Position numbers and translations under genes: made by a program | Origin: Okamejei kenojei | Taxonomy: Eukaryota | Direction of reading: 5' to 3' | Assembly (NCBI GenBank): GCA_035221665.1 | Contig: CM069137.1 | Span: forward strand, 76,880,001 to 76,944,000 | DNA length: 64,000 nucleotides | Part shown: positions 27,401 through 42,400 of the stretch, piece by piece | Layout of the letters: every line of letters starts with the position of its first letter | How positions within the stretch are numbered: position 1 is the first letter of the stretch | The notes under the pieces: model-generated | The model's input: the letters and a program-made list of their open reading frames with translations, nothing else | Database searches by the model: none | What the model was told of the DNA's origin: nothing

Positions 27401-30400
27401 CCAGCATTTTTGTCTACCTTCGATTTTTCCAGCATCTGCAATCTTTCTTGAACAAGTAACCAGTAAGAATCATATTGAAGCTGTGGAAAAAACATTACCC
27501 TTTGAAATGAGTTGTCTGGGCTCTCAGAGTATACTATAAAAGAGTTGTATTTGTTATTGTTCGATACCTTTCACAGTCACGTCAGTTTTGCATGAATCCT
27601 TTCCAATATCATTGCTGGCCTCGCAAATGTATTGACAAGCATCTCCCTTGTCTGCTTTCAGAATAATTAGGTGAGGTGTATTTTCTACATAAGATATCTT
27701 GTAATTGCCACCTGATCGCATCTCATTGCCATCCTTCAGCCAAGTAACTTTAACTGGTGGAGAGCCAGTTAAGTGGCATTCAAGATCCACACTTTGCCCA
27801 GCTGTAACTTCCACTGGTTGTAATCTTTTGTCAAATACAGGGGCAACTCTAGGCTCTAAAGACATAACAAAAATATAATTATGTTTTATTGTAAAATAAT
27901 TAACAGCAAGGTACTAACACCTAGCAATGTTAGATGAAAGCAGATACTAAAATGTCAATATTATAATATTGAAGACAAATTAGTAATTATTTAATCCAAT
28001 TTACCTTTAAGAATTAATCTGGAACTGCAAGAAACATCTCCTATCATGTTAGATGCTTTGCAACTGTATTCACCAGCATGATCCATCTCAGTTTTAAGAA
28101 TTTGAAGAGATGCTACATTCTCCATGAAAGATATATTTAAGTTTTCTCCAGGGAGCAGTTTTATACCATCTTTAAACCAAGAAGTTTCAATAGGAGCTGA
28201 ACCAGTCGTGCAACACTCAAATGTTATTGGAAGACCAAGAGTTACTTCCATATTCTTAAGTTTTCTTACAAAAGAAGGTGCCGTTTTGCGTTCTGTAAAA
28301 TAAACCGGAATGGAATGAATTAATATAATGAGATTATAGAAGCTTTAAAAGTTCAAAGGGCTCCAGCATAAATATATACATTCTCCACAAATACCAATTA
28401 ATCTACCAAAGAACATCACCTTGTACAGTGAACACCGCCTTTGATGAACATACACCTATTTTGTTTTCAGCTTTGCACATAAATTCTCCACAGTCATTCA
28501 TTGTTACTTTCTTCAATTCCAATTTTGCAATATTGTTTACAAATTCCATTTTGCAATTTGGGGTGGCTCTCAGTTTTGTGTCTCCTTTGTACCAAGCTAC
28601 TTTAATTTCAGGTGTTCCACTGAGTGTGCATTGAAAAGATCCTGAATCACCGACTGTTATTTCCAGAGGCTCTAAATGTTGGACAAACGTTGGTGGTTCT
28701 ATGAAGAAAAAAACGTATCATTGATTGAAGATAATGCACATCAAATATTTTTTTAAAGAAACGAGCAAAGCTTTGATTTTTATTCCGCAGCTAAAAGATA
28801 TTGAAAGGAAACGAACCCAATATGTTCACTTCAGCATGACAAGTGTCAGTTCCAGCATCATTTTCTACTTCACACATATATGTTGCACCATCGTCTCGAA
28901 TGGTGTTGAGAATCTCCAAAATACAAGAAGTTTCAGTGGTAGTTAAAATATGCTTTTCAGACTGGACTATATCTAAGCCATTCTTCTTCCAATGTACTTT
29001 GATTTCTGGGGTACCAGAGTATATGCAGTCAAGACAAACTGATTTTCCCAGTATCACACTAGAATCTTTCAATTTTTTCTGGAATACTGCTGGTTCTGGT
29101 GAAGATAGAGAAGAAAACAGTTGCAAAAATATATACTTGTAACTCCAGCAAAATGATGTTACCCACATCTACACATTACTAAAACTCTTATCTTGTCTGT
29201 GATTCTGACCGTTTGTCTGTCTGTTTGTCTGTCTGTTTGTCTGTGTGTCTGTCTGTGATGAGTGTGATCATGAAATTACGCCAAAACAGTACATGACAGC
29301 GCTATAATTTTTTGACCACCTTATTCACCAGCATCCTGTGGTATGGTGCATCAAAGTTTTGTTGAGATATTTTTACAAGTTATTCACATTTTAAACTTTA
29401 AAAATGTAATTTTTCACTTTAAAAAATGTAATTGCACTTTCCCTGCCCCTGCCTTTACAATGTTACAAATGACAGGACACAAGAAGAGGGAGGGGAGTGC
29501 TGGGGGATGAGGTGAAATGAGCCACGCCTGCACAGATGGGGGGTTATTGGTGAGTGGTGGAATATTGCGTTGGTGGAGCAAATGCGTTGGGGGAACGGGT
29601 GAGTGGTGGAATATTGCATTGGGGAACAGGACCCGGGGGAGGGAGTGCTGGGGAATGAGTGGAAATCTGCCGCACCTGTGCAGTTGGGGGCTATGGGTGA
29701 GCAGTAGGATATTGCGTTGGTGGAACGGGTTGCGTTGGGGGAACGGGTGAGTGGTGGAATATTGCTTTGGGGGAACGGGACCCAACAGGGTTCCACTTGG
29801 TCTAGTTCTTCTTTAAAACTCTATTTCACAAACCTTTCACAAACAATTTTGTGGTACAAGAATCTTCACCAGCTTCGTTCCTGACACGGCAAATGTAGTC
29901 TTCACTTTGGGAAGGTACTACATTTAGTAGCTCAAGTACTGATATTGAGTCACTGAAAGAAATTCGACATTTTCTCCCTGTTACTAGTTCAGTGTTCCCT
30001 CTAAACCATTTTACTTTCAATGGTGCTGTCCCAGTAACAACACATGCAAATTTCACTGTTGAGCCCGGTAACACTTCCTGAGGATCAGGTTTGCTCACAA
30101 ATGAGGCTGGTTCTAAAGAGGTGGAAACAAAATAAGATGTTTAAAATTAATTGGGAATTTAAAATTCAAGCATTTTGCTATAAACAAAATTACATTAAAT
30201 TTTTCTTTAGGTGTAAGTCTAGAAGATTTGCATAATCAGGCCATTTGACTCTGTATTAATAATCTCATTGTTCCAGCACTGAATTTTTTCTCCTCACTCT
30301 TCTCATCCATTTCATTCTACTTACATTTTCAAGTCTGCAGATAACATCTCTGCAGTAGTCCGGATCTCAAACAGTGAGACAAACCACAGGAAGGAGACAG

Positions 30401-33400
30401 AAAGTTTAGTTACATGGTGTCAAGAAACAACCTCTTCCTCAATGTCAGCAAAATGAAGAAGCCAGTTATTGACCTCAGGAAGCAAGGTGGTGTACATGCC
30501 TCTATCAGCATCAATGGTGCTGAAGTGAAGTGAGATAGCAAAGAGCATCAAGTTCCTTGGTGTTATTATCACCAACAATTTACCCCGAACCAACCACGTT
30601 GATGTTGCGGCAAAGGAAGCACACTAACGCCTCTATTTCCACAGAAGATTAAGGAAATTTGGCATATCCCCAATGACTCTTAACAACCTCCAGATGCACA
30701 GGAGAAATCGTCCTTTTGGGATCCATCAGAGTTTTGTTTGGAAACAACTGTCTGAGAGCGCTAGAAATTGCAGAGAGGTGTGGATATAGCCTAGTCCATC
30801 ATACAAACTTGTATCTCCCTCCTCGATTCCTTTACGCTGCTTTCTGAAAGCAGTTAACATAATCAAGGACCATTTTCACCGGAGTCATTCCCTCCCTGTG
30901 GTCAGAAGATACAAACGCTTGAAAGCACGTACCACAAGATTCTGGTACAGCTTCTTCCTCAGTGTTATCAGATTACTGAATTGTCCTCTAATGTTGGATG
31001 TTGGGCTGATCTTCCAACTTACCTCATTAATGACCTTGCATTTTTTTTAATCTGCATTTCCTCAGTAACTGTAAGGCTATAATGCTTTAACACTATATTC
31101 TGCATCTTAGTATTTTTCTCTTTGTGTTACATTGCTTTTGTGTATCATAGATAGTACACGTGTATAATATGATTTGACTGGACAGAATTCAAGCAAAGCT
31201 TTTCACTGCACATGACAATAATAAACTAATAATACCAATACCAATACAGCCCCTCCAGACAAATTAACCGTAATTAGCTAAATAACTTCAAAGGGATTTA
31301 CAGGAGTCGTTGCCTTAAAAAAGCAGCCAGCATCATCAGAAACCTACATCACCCTGGCCACACACGTATTTCACTCCTGCCATCAGAAAGAAGATATAGG
31401 AGCTTGAAGACTTTAACATCCAGGTTCAGGAACAGCTTCTTCCCTACGGCCATCAGGCTATTAAACACTATAACCTCCAAATAAACTCTGAACAACATAA
31501 ACTCTCAACAACTTGAGGGCATTGGTTTTGTCTTGTTGCACTATAATTGCACTATTATTATGTTTACAAAGTACTATGTTTACATATTCTGCTGTGCTGC
31601 TGAAAGATGAAAGTAAGAATGTCATTGCTCTGTTGGGACATATGACAATAAAACACTCTTGACCTGTGCATTTTGGAATCTTTTGGTCTCCATGACAGAA
31701 TTCACTTCTCTCCATTCTCCTCTGTTCTACAACTTAAAACATGTTTGATTTCTGACCTGCCTGAATTTAATGAAAAATCGTGAATCCGAAACATAAGCAT
31801 AATTTCTCTCTCCAAATATACATGTATTTCAATCAGTTTCTGTTTCTATTTCAGATTTCCATCATTTGCAGTTTATAGCTTTTCATCAATTAGAATGTCT
31901 CCGAGACCTTTTTACTCTGTTTAGGTTCAGCTCCATGCAGCATTTATAATAAGTATACATACTCCAATGTGTATGCATATCAAACAAAAATTATTTTGAA
32001 TACAACAAATTATAAAGCATGACATACACAAAGAATATGAACAATTTGGGTTGGATTAAGAATTAAACTAACCTTTTACAGTTAAAGTACCACTGCATTC
32101 ATCGCTGCCTGCAGCATTGGTTGCTTTACATACATAATTGCCAGCATCTGATAATTCCAAAGTATTTATTTTCAAATCACACTTATTTTCACCGAATATC
32201 AGATTATATTTTTCTCCATGGACAATCTCATGTCCATCTTTGAAGTAAGACATTACAATTGGTGGTGATCCAGACACTTTGCATTCCATTTGGAGGGGAG
32301 AAGCCAAGATACCATCCACTTTCTTTAATTTTCTAATAAATGTTGGTGGAATTATACGGTCTGTTTAAATCACAACAATTAAGCATGATTAGATCAAGAT
32401 TTTTTAAATGATTTAAAAAGCAATTAAGGAAAGTGTACAAAGAGGAAAAAATGGAGGCCAAACCTAGAACGCTGATTGATAATTTGGAGCTGCTGCTACC
32501 AACATTATTCTGGACTTCAAAAGTATATTCACCACCATCTAACTTCTCTGTAGACATAAGTTTTAGGCTGGCAATTCCATTAAGAAAACTAATCTTGTAT
32601 TTTCTGCCAGATACCAATTCTTGTCCTTCTTTCAACCATTTCACTTTGAGCTCAGGTGTGCCTTTAACAATGCATTCCAAAGTCACCGGATCTCCTGAAG
32701 TTACACTGACATATTCTGTTTTCTCCACTATTGTGGCAGGTTCTGGAAGAAGTAAATTGATTTTTACAAAGTATTCTTATATTTTAGCATATAGGATAAT
32801 GCTCTCAGGAATTAGCTAAATTCTAAAAACATCAAATATATTGAATATAAACTACTGACCCAAGAATGATAATGCAGCAGAGCTCTCTTGCATTCCAGCA
32901 TCATTTTTGATTTGGCAAACATACATTCCAGCATGTGCTGGCTCCATTTTTGAAATATGCAAAGCCACAATATTTTGTTCACGGGTGATAGTTATGTCCT
33001 CATCATTTTTAACTTGTTTCTTTTCTTTGATCCATGTTACTTCAATTGGTTCAGAACCTTTAACAGTAGCTTGTAATGTCACAGACTCCCCGAACACAGA
33101 AGAAATGTTTGAAAGTCTTTTCACAAATAGGGGTGGTTCTGAAGAATTAAAGAAGTATACCTTAAGTGTGCAACGTAAACTTACAGAAATTATTTCCCAA
33201 AACTGGTAGAGCAAAATTTAAATATAAAATATGGAAAATCTACTGACCTTTTAGATTTAATGTGCCAGTGCAATTAATACTCCCCACATCATTCTTGACC
33301 ATGCACATGTAATCCCCAATGTCAGGTGACTCCACTTTAAGAATATAAAGACTTGCTACATGATTTTCATAAGTAATTTTATACTTTTTACTTCCTCGGA

Positions 33401-36400
33401 TTTGCCTTTTATCTTTGTACCAAGTAACTTCAAAAGGAGATGTACCACTGAATTCACATTGCAGAATGACATCAGAGCTTTTTATTACATCCATTGTCTT
33501 CAGCATTTTATTGAAAACAGGTGGTTCTGGAAGAAGAGCATAAGTTGTATCATTTTTGTATTTATGATGAAATAGTTATTTATAACCAAGAAATCCTTTA
33601 TCATTTGTAACAGAAAATAACTACCTACCTTTGACATTAAGTGCTACACTGCAGCTGACACTTCCAGCTTCATTTTGAGCGTCACAAATGTAATCACCAC
33701 TGTCTTCTACATCAGTATCATTAATTTCAAGAACTGCTATAAAATTATCAAAATGTATTTTGTATTTGTCACCATCTCTGATTTCAGTATCATTCTTGAA
33801 CCATGAAATTTTGATTTCAGGTGTGCCAGTCACTTTGCACTCAAAATGCACGGATTCTCCCTTCTTCAGGACTTTGGATGGTTCCAGCTTCTGGATGAAA
33901 GATGGAGGTTCTAGGAAACCAAAGTACAACACATTTAGTGCTTGAATTACAAGAAGGTTATGTTTTGGAAAGTAGAATTGTGAAATGTGGAAGGAATTTG
34001 AATCATTATCACAAATCATATGAGAATGCTCCAAAAGTTTTGAAAAAGCCCATGTATATTAACTGGAATTTTACTGTATTTCATATAAAGAAAATTTAAA
34101 GAAGAGTATATTATATTACTGAGATCACGAAGAGCACAAAAAGATAATGTAGAATTGATATGATAAAGAGAATAAGATGATTACACAATTAAACTCAAAG
34201 AACATAAGACACTAACATAGAATACACATAAAACAAGATTTGTACAAATTGGAAGACTTGGAATATGAAAAGACATTAACAGCAAATAACAAACAAGACA
34301 CTGATAATATATACCCACACAACAAAGAATTCCACACCTGTTACAAACAATTTTGCTGTACAAGAATCTGTGCCAACATCATTGGTGACATGGCAAGTGT
34401 AATATCCCGTATTAGAATGTTTTACTGAATAAAGTTGCACAAAACTGGATGAAACTTCTGTCACAATGCAACATGTTCCATCAGGATGTAACTCTTTGTC
34501 ATCCTTAAACCATTTGAAAGACAGAGGAGGTGTTCCGTTAGCATCACTCTTGAACAGCACTGTAGAGCGTGGGGGAACCTCCTGTGACATTGGTTTTGTA
34601 ATAAATCTTGGTGGCTCTAAAATTCATTGAAGAAAAACATATTTGTTGCAAGAAAGAGCATAAGTTTCTAAATTTTGAATTTTGAACCATTAATAAATTA
34701 AAAATAGTTATTTCAATCATAAGACATTTAAGTGTTAAAATACGACAAATCTGAGATCTATTTTGCCAAAAGTATGAGGAAAAATGCAAAGGCAGTCACA
34801 CCTTTAACAATCAGTTTGCTACAGCATTCATCAGTTCCTGCTATATTTGATACTCTGCAAGTATAAATTCCACAATCAGCGATTTCTAGTTGATTAATTT
34901 CCAAAGATGAGGTGTTATCTTGCTGTGATAGTTTATATTTATTACTATCCATGATCTCCTTTCCATCTTTATGCCAAAAAATGGTCATTGGAACAGAGCC
35001 AGATACTTTGCACTCCATGCTCACAGAAGAGCCTAGTGCAATGCCCATGTCCTTCAATTTTTTTGTAAATGTTGGAGCAATCAATTGATCTGTACAATAT
35101 AGAACACAACTTGTAAGTTTGAGATGCAAAAGTTAACCTAAAAGAGCAAAGTTGCTTAGATTACTGTATTCTATTTTTCACATACAAATAAAAATACTAA
35201 CCTAATACAGCCAAGGAAGCTTTGCAGCTGTCAACTCCAAATTCATTCTGGACCTCAAAAGTATATTCACCACTATTCGACTTCTCTACCGACTGTATCT
35301 TTAGACTAGCCACATTATTTTCAAAGCTCAATTTACATTTTCTGCTGGATGTGAGCTCCATTCCATCTTTAAACCATTTAACAATTAGATCTGGTGTGCC
35401 TGCCACAGTACACTCCAAAACTGCTGGATTTTGTACAGTTATGTTGCATGATTTTGCTCTCTCAACAATTTTTGCAGGTTCTGTTAAGAGAAAATATTAT
35501 GCTAATTGATGACAGTAATTTAATATTTTAATCCTGTCTTCTTTTTCACATTAGTATGATAAATAAATTTGAAGATAAGTAAATAAAATATTTACACATC
35601 AGCCAATCATATTTGTTAATATTCCTGACCAACCTGTTACTATCAATATGGCATAGGATTTCTCAATCCCTGCGTCATTTTTGGCCTGGCAGATGTATTT
35701 CCCACCATCTTTTGCTTCAACTGCTGCAATTTTCAGCATTGCAAGATTGTTTTCAAAGGAAATTGATGTATTTTCGTCTTCTTTGATATCTACATCATTT
35801 TTCATCCAATTAATTGATAAAGGCTCTGAACCTTTTACAACACACTGAAAGCCAGTAGAATTTCCAACAAACGTTGTAACATTTTCAATCTTCTTCACAA
35901 ATGATGGGGGTTCTAGTTGAAGATAAAGAGGTATACATATAAATATGAATGAAATGCTCTACCCTCTTTCAAAATTATAGTATAATGGCAAAATATGCTG
36001 CTTTATGGAACTGATCATTAAAAAAGTTTAAATTAAATTTACAAGTTAGCTGCTAAAATCGCAATATGCCTACAGTGTTCCATTTTACTTGAAATCGGTG
36101 TATTCCATTTTACTTGAAATACATTCAGTAAAAATGACAAAACATACACCACTACCACCATGTAACTAACCTTTTAAACTGACAATACAACTGCAGGAAC
36201 AGCTTCCCACATCATTGCTTGCTGTGCATTTATATTCGCCAACAAGTGACACATCCACCTTCAAAATATGAAGGCTACTTAAAACATTCTTTGTGATCAT
36301 TTTGTATTTTTCACTTGGTGGAATCTTTTTATTGTCCTTGTACCACACAACGTCAAAGGGACCTGTACCAGCCAACTCACATTCAAGAATAACACCATTG

Positions 36401-39400
36401 TTTCTTATAACCTCAGCAGACTGAAGTTTCCTTCTAAAATTGGGAGGTTCTAAAATCATGGTAAAGAAATCAAAATTAACAAAATCACAGAAACTAACAT
36501 TATCCTTGCTCAATAAGTAGCTGATGTCATTTGTTAGCAATTTGGACATTATTACAGACCTTTAATTTCAACTTCGGTGCTGCAGCTGTCACTGCCTGCT
36601 TCATTTCGTATTTCACACACGTAGTAGGCACTGTCCTCTAGAATCATGTCAATAATTTCAAGAATTGCCACAGAACCATCAAATGATGTTGTATATTTGG
36701 CACTGGCATTAATTTCAGAACCATTTTTATACCAGGAAACTTTGATTTCAGGTGTTCCAGTTACAATACACTCAAAACGTGCTGAGGCACCTTCCTTCAT
36801 TATTGTTGAAGAATTCAGTTTTTTAATGAAACTAGGGGGTTCTAGAAATCAAAATATTATAAATTAAAAACTACATCTAAAGGATATTCAATAGTACTTC
36901 AAACCAATTAAACAATTATAAATAACTGTTTAAACACGATTCACTGCTCAAGTTACTAATTTAAGAAAACCATGTTTTAATATCACAATTAGAGCAAACA
37001 GCATTTTGTTTCTAAATGCTATTAAGATTCCTTCAATGTTTCAGTTTAGTTTATTGTCACGTATACCGAGGTGAAAAGCTTTTGTGTGCTAACCCGTCAG
37101 CAGAAAGACAATACATGATACAATCGATCCATTTACAGTGTAGAGATACAAAACAGAATAACGTTTAGTGCAAAGTAAGGCTAGCAAAGTCCGATTAAGG
37201 ATAGTCCGACGGTCATCAAAGAGGTAGATAGTAGTTCAGCACTGCTCTCTGGCTCTGGATGATTCAGTTGCCTGATAACCGCTGGGTAGAAACTGTCCCT
37301 GAATCTGTAGCTGTGTGTTTTCACACTTCTATACCTTTTGCCTGATGCGAGAGGGGAGAAGAAAGAGTGGCCAGGGTGCGCAAGTGATTATGCTGCTGGC
37401 TTTGCTGAGGCAGAGTGAGGTATAAATGGAGTTAATAGAAGGGAGGTTGGTTTATGTGATGGTCTGAGCTGTGTCCACAATTTGCTGGAATTTCTTGGGG
37501 TCTTAGATGGAGCTGTTCCCAAACCATGCATCCCGATAAAATGCTTTCTATGGTTCAACAGTGGGAGTGGGGCAATCTCGTAAAATTTCTTCAAAATTGT
37601 CATCATTGGCACTTTAGGATTGGATGGTACAATTAAATTACAGTGGACACTGTCTAATTTGCCAGTTTTCCAAAAATTAAACATTATATATTAGTATTCC
37701 CCAACATTGGTATGGTGCGTTGCCTTAGTTAACAGAAAAATGTGTAGTGTGGCATGATATAGAATAACAAATATAAAAAACTCAATTCTTTAAGACTACC
37801 ATACCTCATTCTCTCAATGGACAGCAGTGCAATATACTGCCACTTAAGTACAGTAACCCTCAAGAAAAAAAAATCTAAACATTCAAGGTGGTAAAGCAAG
37901 AACAACTGTTTTGCATATATCAAAACAGGAGAACAAAGCCATAATTGCGCACCTTTAACAAGCAGGTTTGCAGAACAGGCATCTGTACCAACATCGTTGC
38001 TAATTTGGCAGGTATAATTACCCGCATCCGATATTTTAGCTGAGGGCAATTCTAGGAAATATATCGAGCCTTCATTCCAAATAGAATATGCCATACTATG
38101 CATCAATTCTCTGTCCCCTTTGAACCATTTTGTGGATAGTGGTGTGCTTCCTTTTACAACACCTCTAAATTGCACTGAAGAACCAAGTACAACATCCTGG
38201 GGCATTATTTTATCTGTAAAACTTGGGGGCTCTAAAAAAAAATCAATAAAAAATGTTTGATTAACTCAGGGTTATATATATATATATATATATATATACT
38301 GGATAAAATGTTCAGATTATCGTTAAATTTATGAATTACATAGCCTTAAAAAGTGTAAGAATGCTAAACAAAATTTAGAATTGGTGGATTCACTTATTTA
38401 AATACTTCACTACTGCAGCTAATGACAAATGCAAACTTTTTTGTAAAGAAAGCCAATATTTGCTTTTCATACAGATGAGAAAGAAATGCGACAAAGGAAT
38501 ATTTCAAACCTTTTACACTTAAGACAGCACTGCATTCATCTTTTCCTGCTGAATTTGCTGCTTTGCAAGTGTAAATTCCATCATCTGAGAAGTCTAGTTC
38601 AATGATTTCTAATGAAATTATGTTCTCTTGAAATAGCATTTTGTATTTGTTACTAGCTGGTATTTCGTTGTCCTCTTTGTACCAAGCAATGCTCATTGGT
38701 ATAGAACCAGAAACTTTGAATTCCATTCGCACTAAAGATCCTAAAGTACTGCTTATGTCCTTTAATTTCCTTGTTAACAATGGAGGAATTATTTGTTCTG
38801 TTCATATAAAGGGACAAATAAAAAACGTTAACGTTTTTTGTGTCAAATATTACAAAGTTTGTGATAGTATTTTGTGATAGTAATAGTTCCAGTATTTTTT
38901 GATGAAAAAAAAAGATTAACAAGAAGTAATCACTGACCTAATACAGTCATAGGAATATTGCAGCTGTTAGCTCCAAACTCATTCTGGACTTCAAAAGTAT
39001 AGTCTCCACTGTCATCCATTTCAACAGACAAAAATTTTAACCTGGCTATCTTATTTGCAAAACTCAATTTATATCTTCTATTTGACTCCAGTTGTTTTCC
39101 ATTTTTGAACCATGCAACATTTAATACTGGAGTACCAGCTACGGTACATTCCAAAATTGCTGGGTTTCCTGAAGTCACTGTGAGTGGCTCCGTTTTTTCT
39201 ATGATATTTGCAGGTTCTGTGGAAAAATTACAATATTTACATATTTAATCAAATTGCTTTTGTAAGCTAATACATTTTAGCAGCGCATGCTGTCAATAGA
39301 TGGGATTCCTCACAACAAATTAGGACCAATGTAATCTTGCATTCTTGCTGAAGGTGTATCGTATTAAATTAGATTTAGCAATCCCAGTCAAGATGCTGGC

Positions 39401-42400
39401 AGCATTGCACTGATTGTACAAATTTAGCCTTAACCGGATAATCAGTTATCAATCTCATTCAGAAACACACTTAGAAACATAGAAAATAGGTGCAGGAAGA
39501 GGCCAGCACCGCCATTCATTGTGATCATGGCTGATCGTTGCCAATCAATAACCCGTGCCTGCCTTCTCCCCATATCCGTTGATTCCACTAGCCCCTAGAG
39601 CTCTGTCTAACTCTCTCTTAAGTCAATCCAGTGATTTGTCCTCCACTGCCCTCCATGGCAGGGAATTCCACAAATTTACAACTCTCTGGGTGAAAAAGTT
39701 TTTTCTCACCTCAGTCTTAATGGCCTCCCCTTTATTCTAAGACTGTGGCCCCTGGTTCTGGACTCTCCCAACATTGAGTACATTTTTCCTGCATCTACCT
39801 TGTCCAGTCCTTTTAAAATTTTATATGTTTCTATAAGATATCCCTTCATCCTTCTAAACTCCAGTGAATACAAGCCTAGTCTTTTCAATCTATCCTCATA
39901 TGACAGTCCCGCCATCCCAGGGATCAATCTCGTGAACCTACGCTGCACTGCCTCAATCACAAGGATGTCCTTCCTCAAATTACTTGAGGAATAAGAAACG
40001 ATTGCCTCTTTGATACAATGGCAGTGCTCTTTTGAAGATTTGATGATGATTGATTGGGTATAGAGAATTAGAAATGAAACAATATTCTACTTATTATGAT
40101 GCTGCATCCAGTGCTAGTTGCTCAACGTGGAAATGTCCCATTTCCAGTTATAACATTCCTCACTTTGTTGCGCACTATTTAAGTTTCTTTAGAATAGTTT
40201 TTGTGGTAATATAAATTCCATGAAATGTGTATTATGCAGATAATACTTGTATTTATAATTTCTTACTAACCCATTACAATCAAAGTAGCAAAGCATTTTG
40301 TTGTTCCTGCATCATTCTTTGCCTGACAAATATAATTTCCATTGTGATTTTCCTCAGCATTAATGATCTGCAATGTGGCAATATTATTTTCAAAGGAAAT
40401 TTTTATATTTTCATCTTCCTTGACACGTTTGTCATCTTTTTTCCAACTTGTATTTATGGGTCCTGATCCTCTTACTTGACATTGAAACACAGCTGAATTT
40501 CCAGAAAATACTGTTGCATTTTCTATTGTTTGTATGAAGGTTGGTCGCTCTAATTTGAAAAAAATATCTTGTTATATTTAAACCATGATTGAAAAAAAGT
40601 TAGTATTACTTAATAAGTAATTGTTAATGAAATGAATAACATGCAATATCCAAGAAACTCGAATAAGGACATAACTGACCTTTCAAACTGACTGTAGAAC
40701 TGCAAGAACAACTTCCCACATCATTTTTTACAATACACTTGTATTCGCCAACATCTGAGGTATCAGATGTTAGAATGCAAAGGCTGACTAAAGAAATGTC
40801 GGAGATCATTTTGTACTTTTTACTGCGACGAAGTTGTTTATTGTCCTTATACCACAAAATTTCAAAGGGACTTGTACCAGCCACCTCACATTCAAGAGTA
40901 ACATCACTAGATTTAACTACCTCAGCAGGTTCAAGCTTCTTCACAAATGTAGGAGATTCTGAAGAGTAAACACGATAATATAGTTTACAAATCACAGGGG
41001 CCTAGGTTCAGGTTTACAAAATGATTCCCAACAACAACCATTGAAGCAAAAGTCCGAATGATTTTTATTTTAATGTGTTAGGAATAAGCTACAGCTATCA
41101 TTCAACGTGGATTAATAAAATGTAATAGGCTTGTAACTTTTGTGCTTCATACATATCCACAACTTTAAAATAATATTTAGCCATATCAGTTTTTCCTCAG
41201 GTGTCCATGAATCTAATCTTCAATATAAATTAGTTAGGGAAGGGTACGGATACAAGTGCAAGAATTTGAATATATATCATATCAGACAACAGGAAACTAA
41301 TGATGCAAGTGAATAAATATTGCTAGGAAAATAGCAATGTCAAGAGAATTTAAACATGTTTCTATATAGGTACAGAATAAGTGGGAGAGCTCCTTCTGCC
41401 CCAATAAAGAAAGTCTTGGTCTCCAAGTGAGGGCTTTCTACTTAACCAGCAGAGGTCCAGAAATTAAATTCAGTCTTTAGGAGTCAGTTTTCGAACATTC
41501 TATTAAAATGAGTAGATATAGGTTCACAAATCAATTGTCAAGCTGTTACTTTTAATGCCCATTTCAAATAGCAGAACAGTCAGTGTTTTAAATAAAGGTT
41601 CTAATTGAACAAAAAGGTGAAACATGACGGGAAAGACTTATTGATCAATCATGGAAAATGAAAATGGGAATATTTACACACCTTTAACAGTGACCATAAT
41701 GTCGCAAGATTCACTGCCAGCTTCATTTTGGGCTTTGCAGGAATAATTCCCAGTGTCATCCAAGTTTACATCAGCAATCTCTAAAATTGCCACCGAATCA
41801 ACAAATGTCATTCTGCATTTTTCATCGATACTAATTTCACGATAATTCTTGAACCAAGCTACTTTGATTTCAGGTGTGCCAGTTACTTTACACTCAAAAA
41901 TTGTTGTCTCTCCTTTTTTTAATATTGCTGTTGGATCTAACTTCTTAATAAAATATGGAGGTTCTGTTAAAAAAAAGTTATTACAAATCATAAAACATAT
42001 TAAAATACAAAAAAAGCCATTCAACATAACAAACAGTTTAGACATATAAAACAAAAAAGAATGAAAGACAATGCACAGCACAAAAGGAACATTAATAATT
42101 TTTTTTTAAATCACAAAACATATTAAAGACAAGTTCCTGCACACAATATTCAAAATCATTCCACAATGGTTAAACATGTAAAGACAAATTGCACACCTTT
42201 TACAAAGAGTCTTGCTGCACAAGTGATACTGCCAACTTTGTTGCTGACTTCACAAATATAGTCTCCTGAATCAGAAACTTTGGCTGAAAACAACTCAAGT
42301 AAACTTGTTGAGCTTTCATTTAAAATGAAACAATCAGCTCCGGACATCAATTCCCTGCCATCTTTCAGCCATTTAATAGTTACTGGAGAAGTTCCTGTGA

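Noticed and set aside
29540-29780. Direct repeats with variable spacing resembling a CRISPR array
   Set aside because: Vertebrate intron, irregular degenerate units, no cas genes; internal minisatellite of a Helitron
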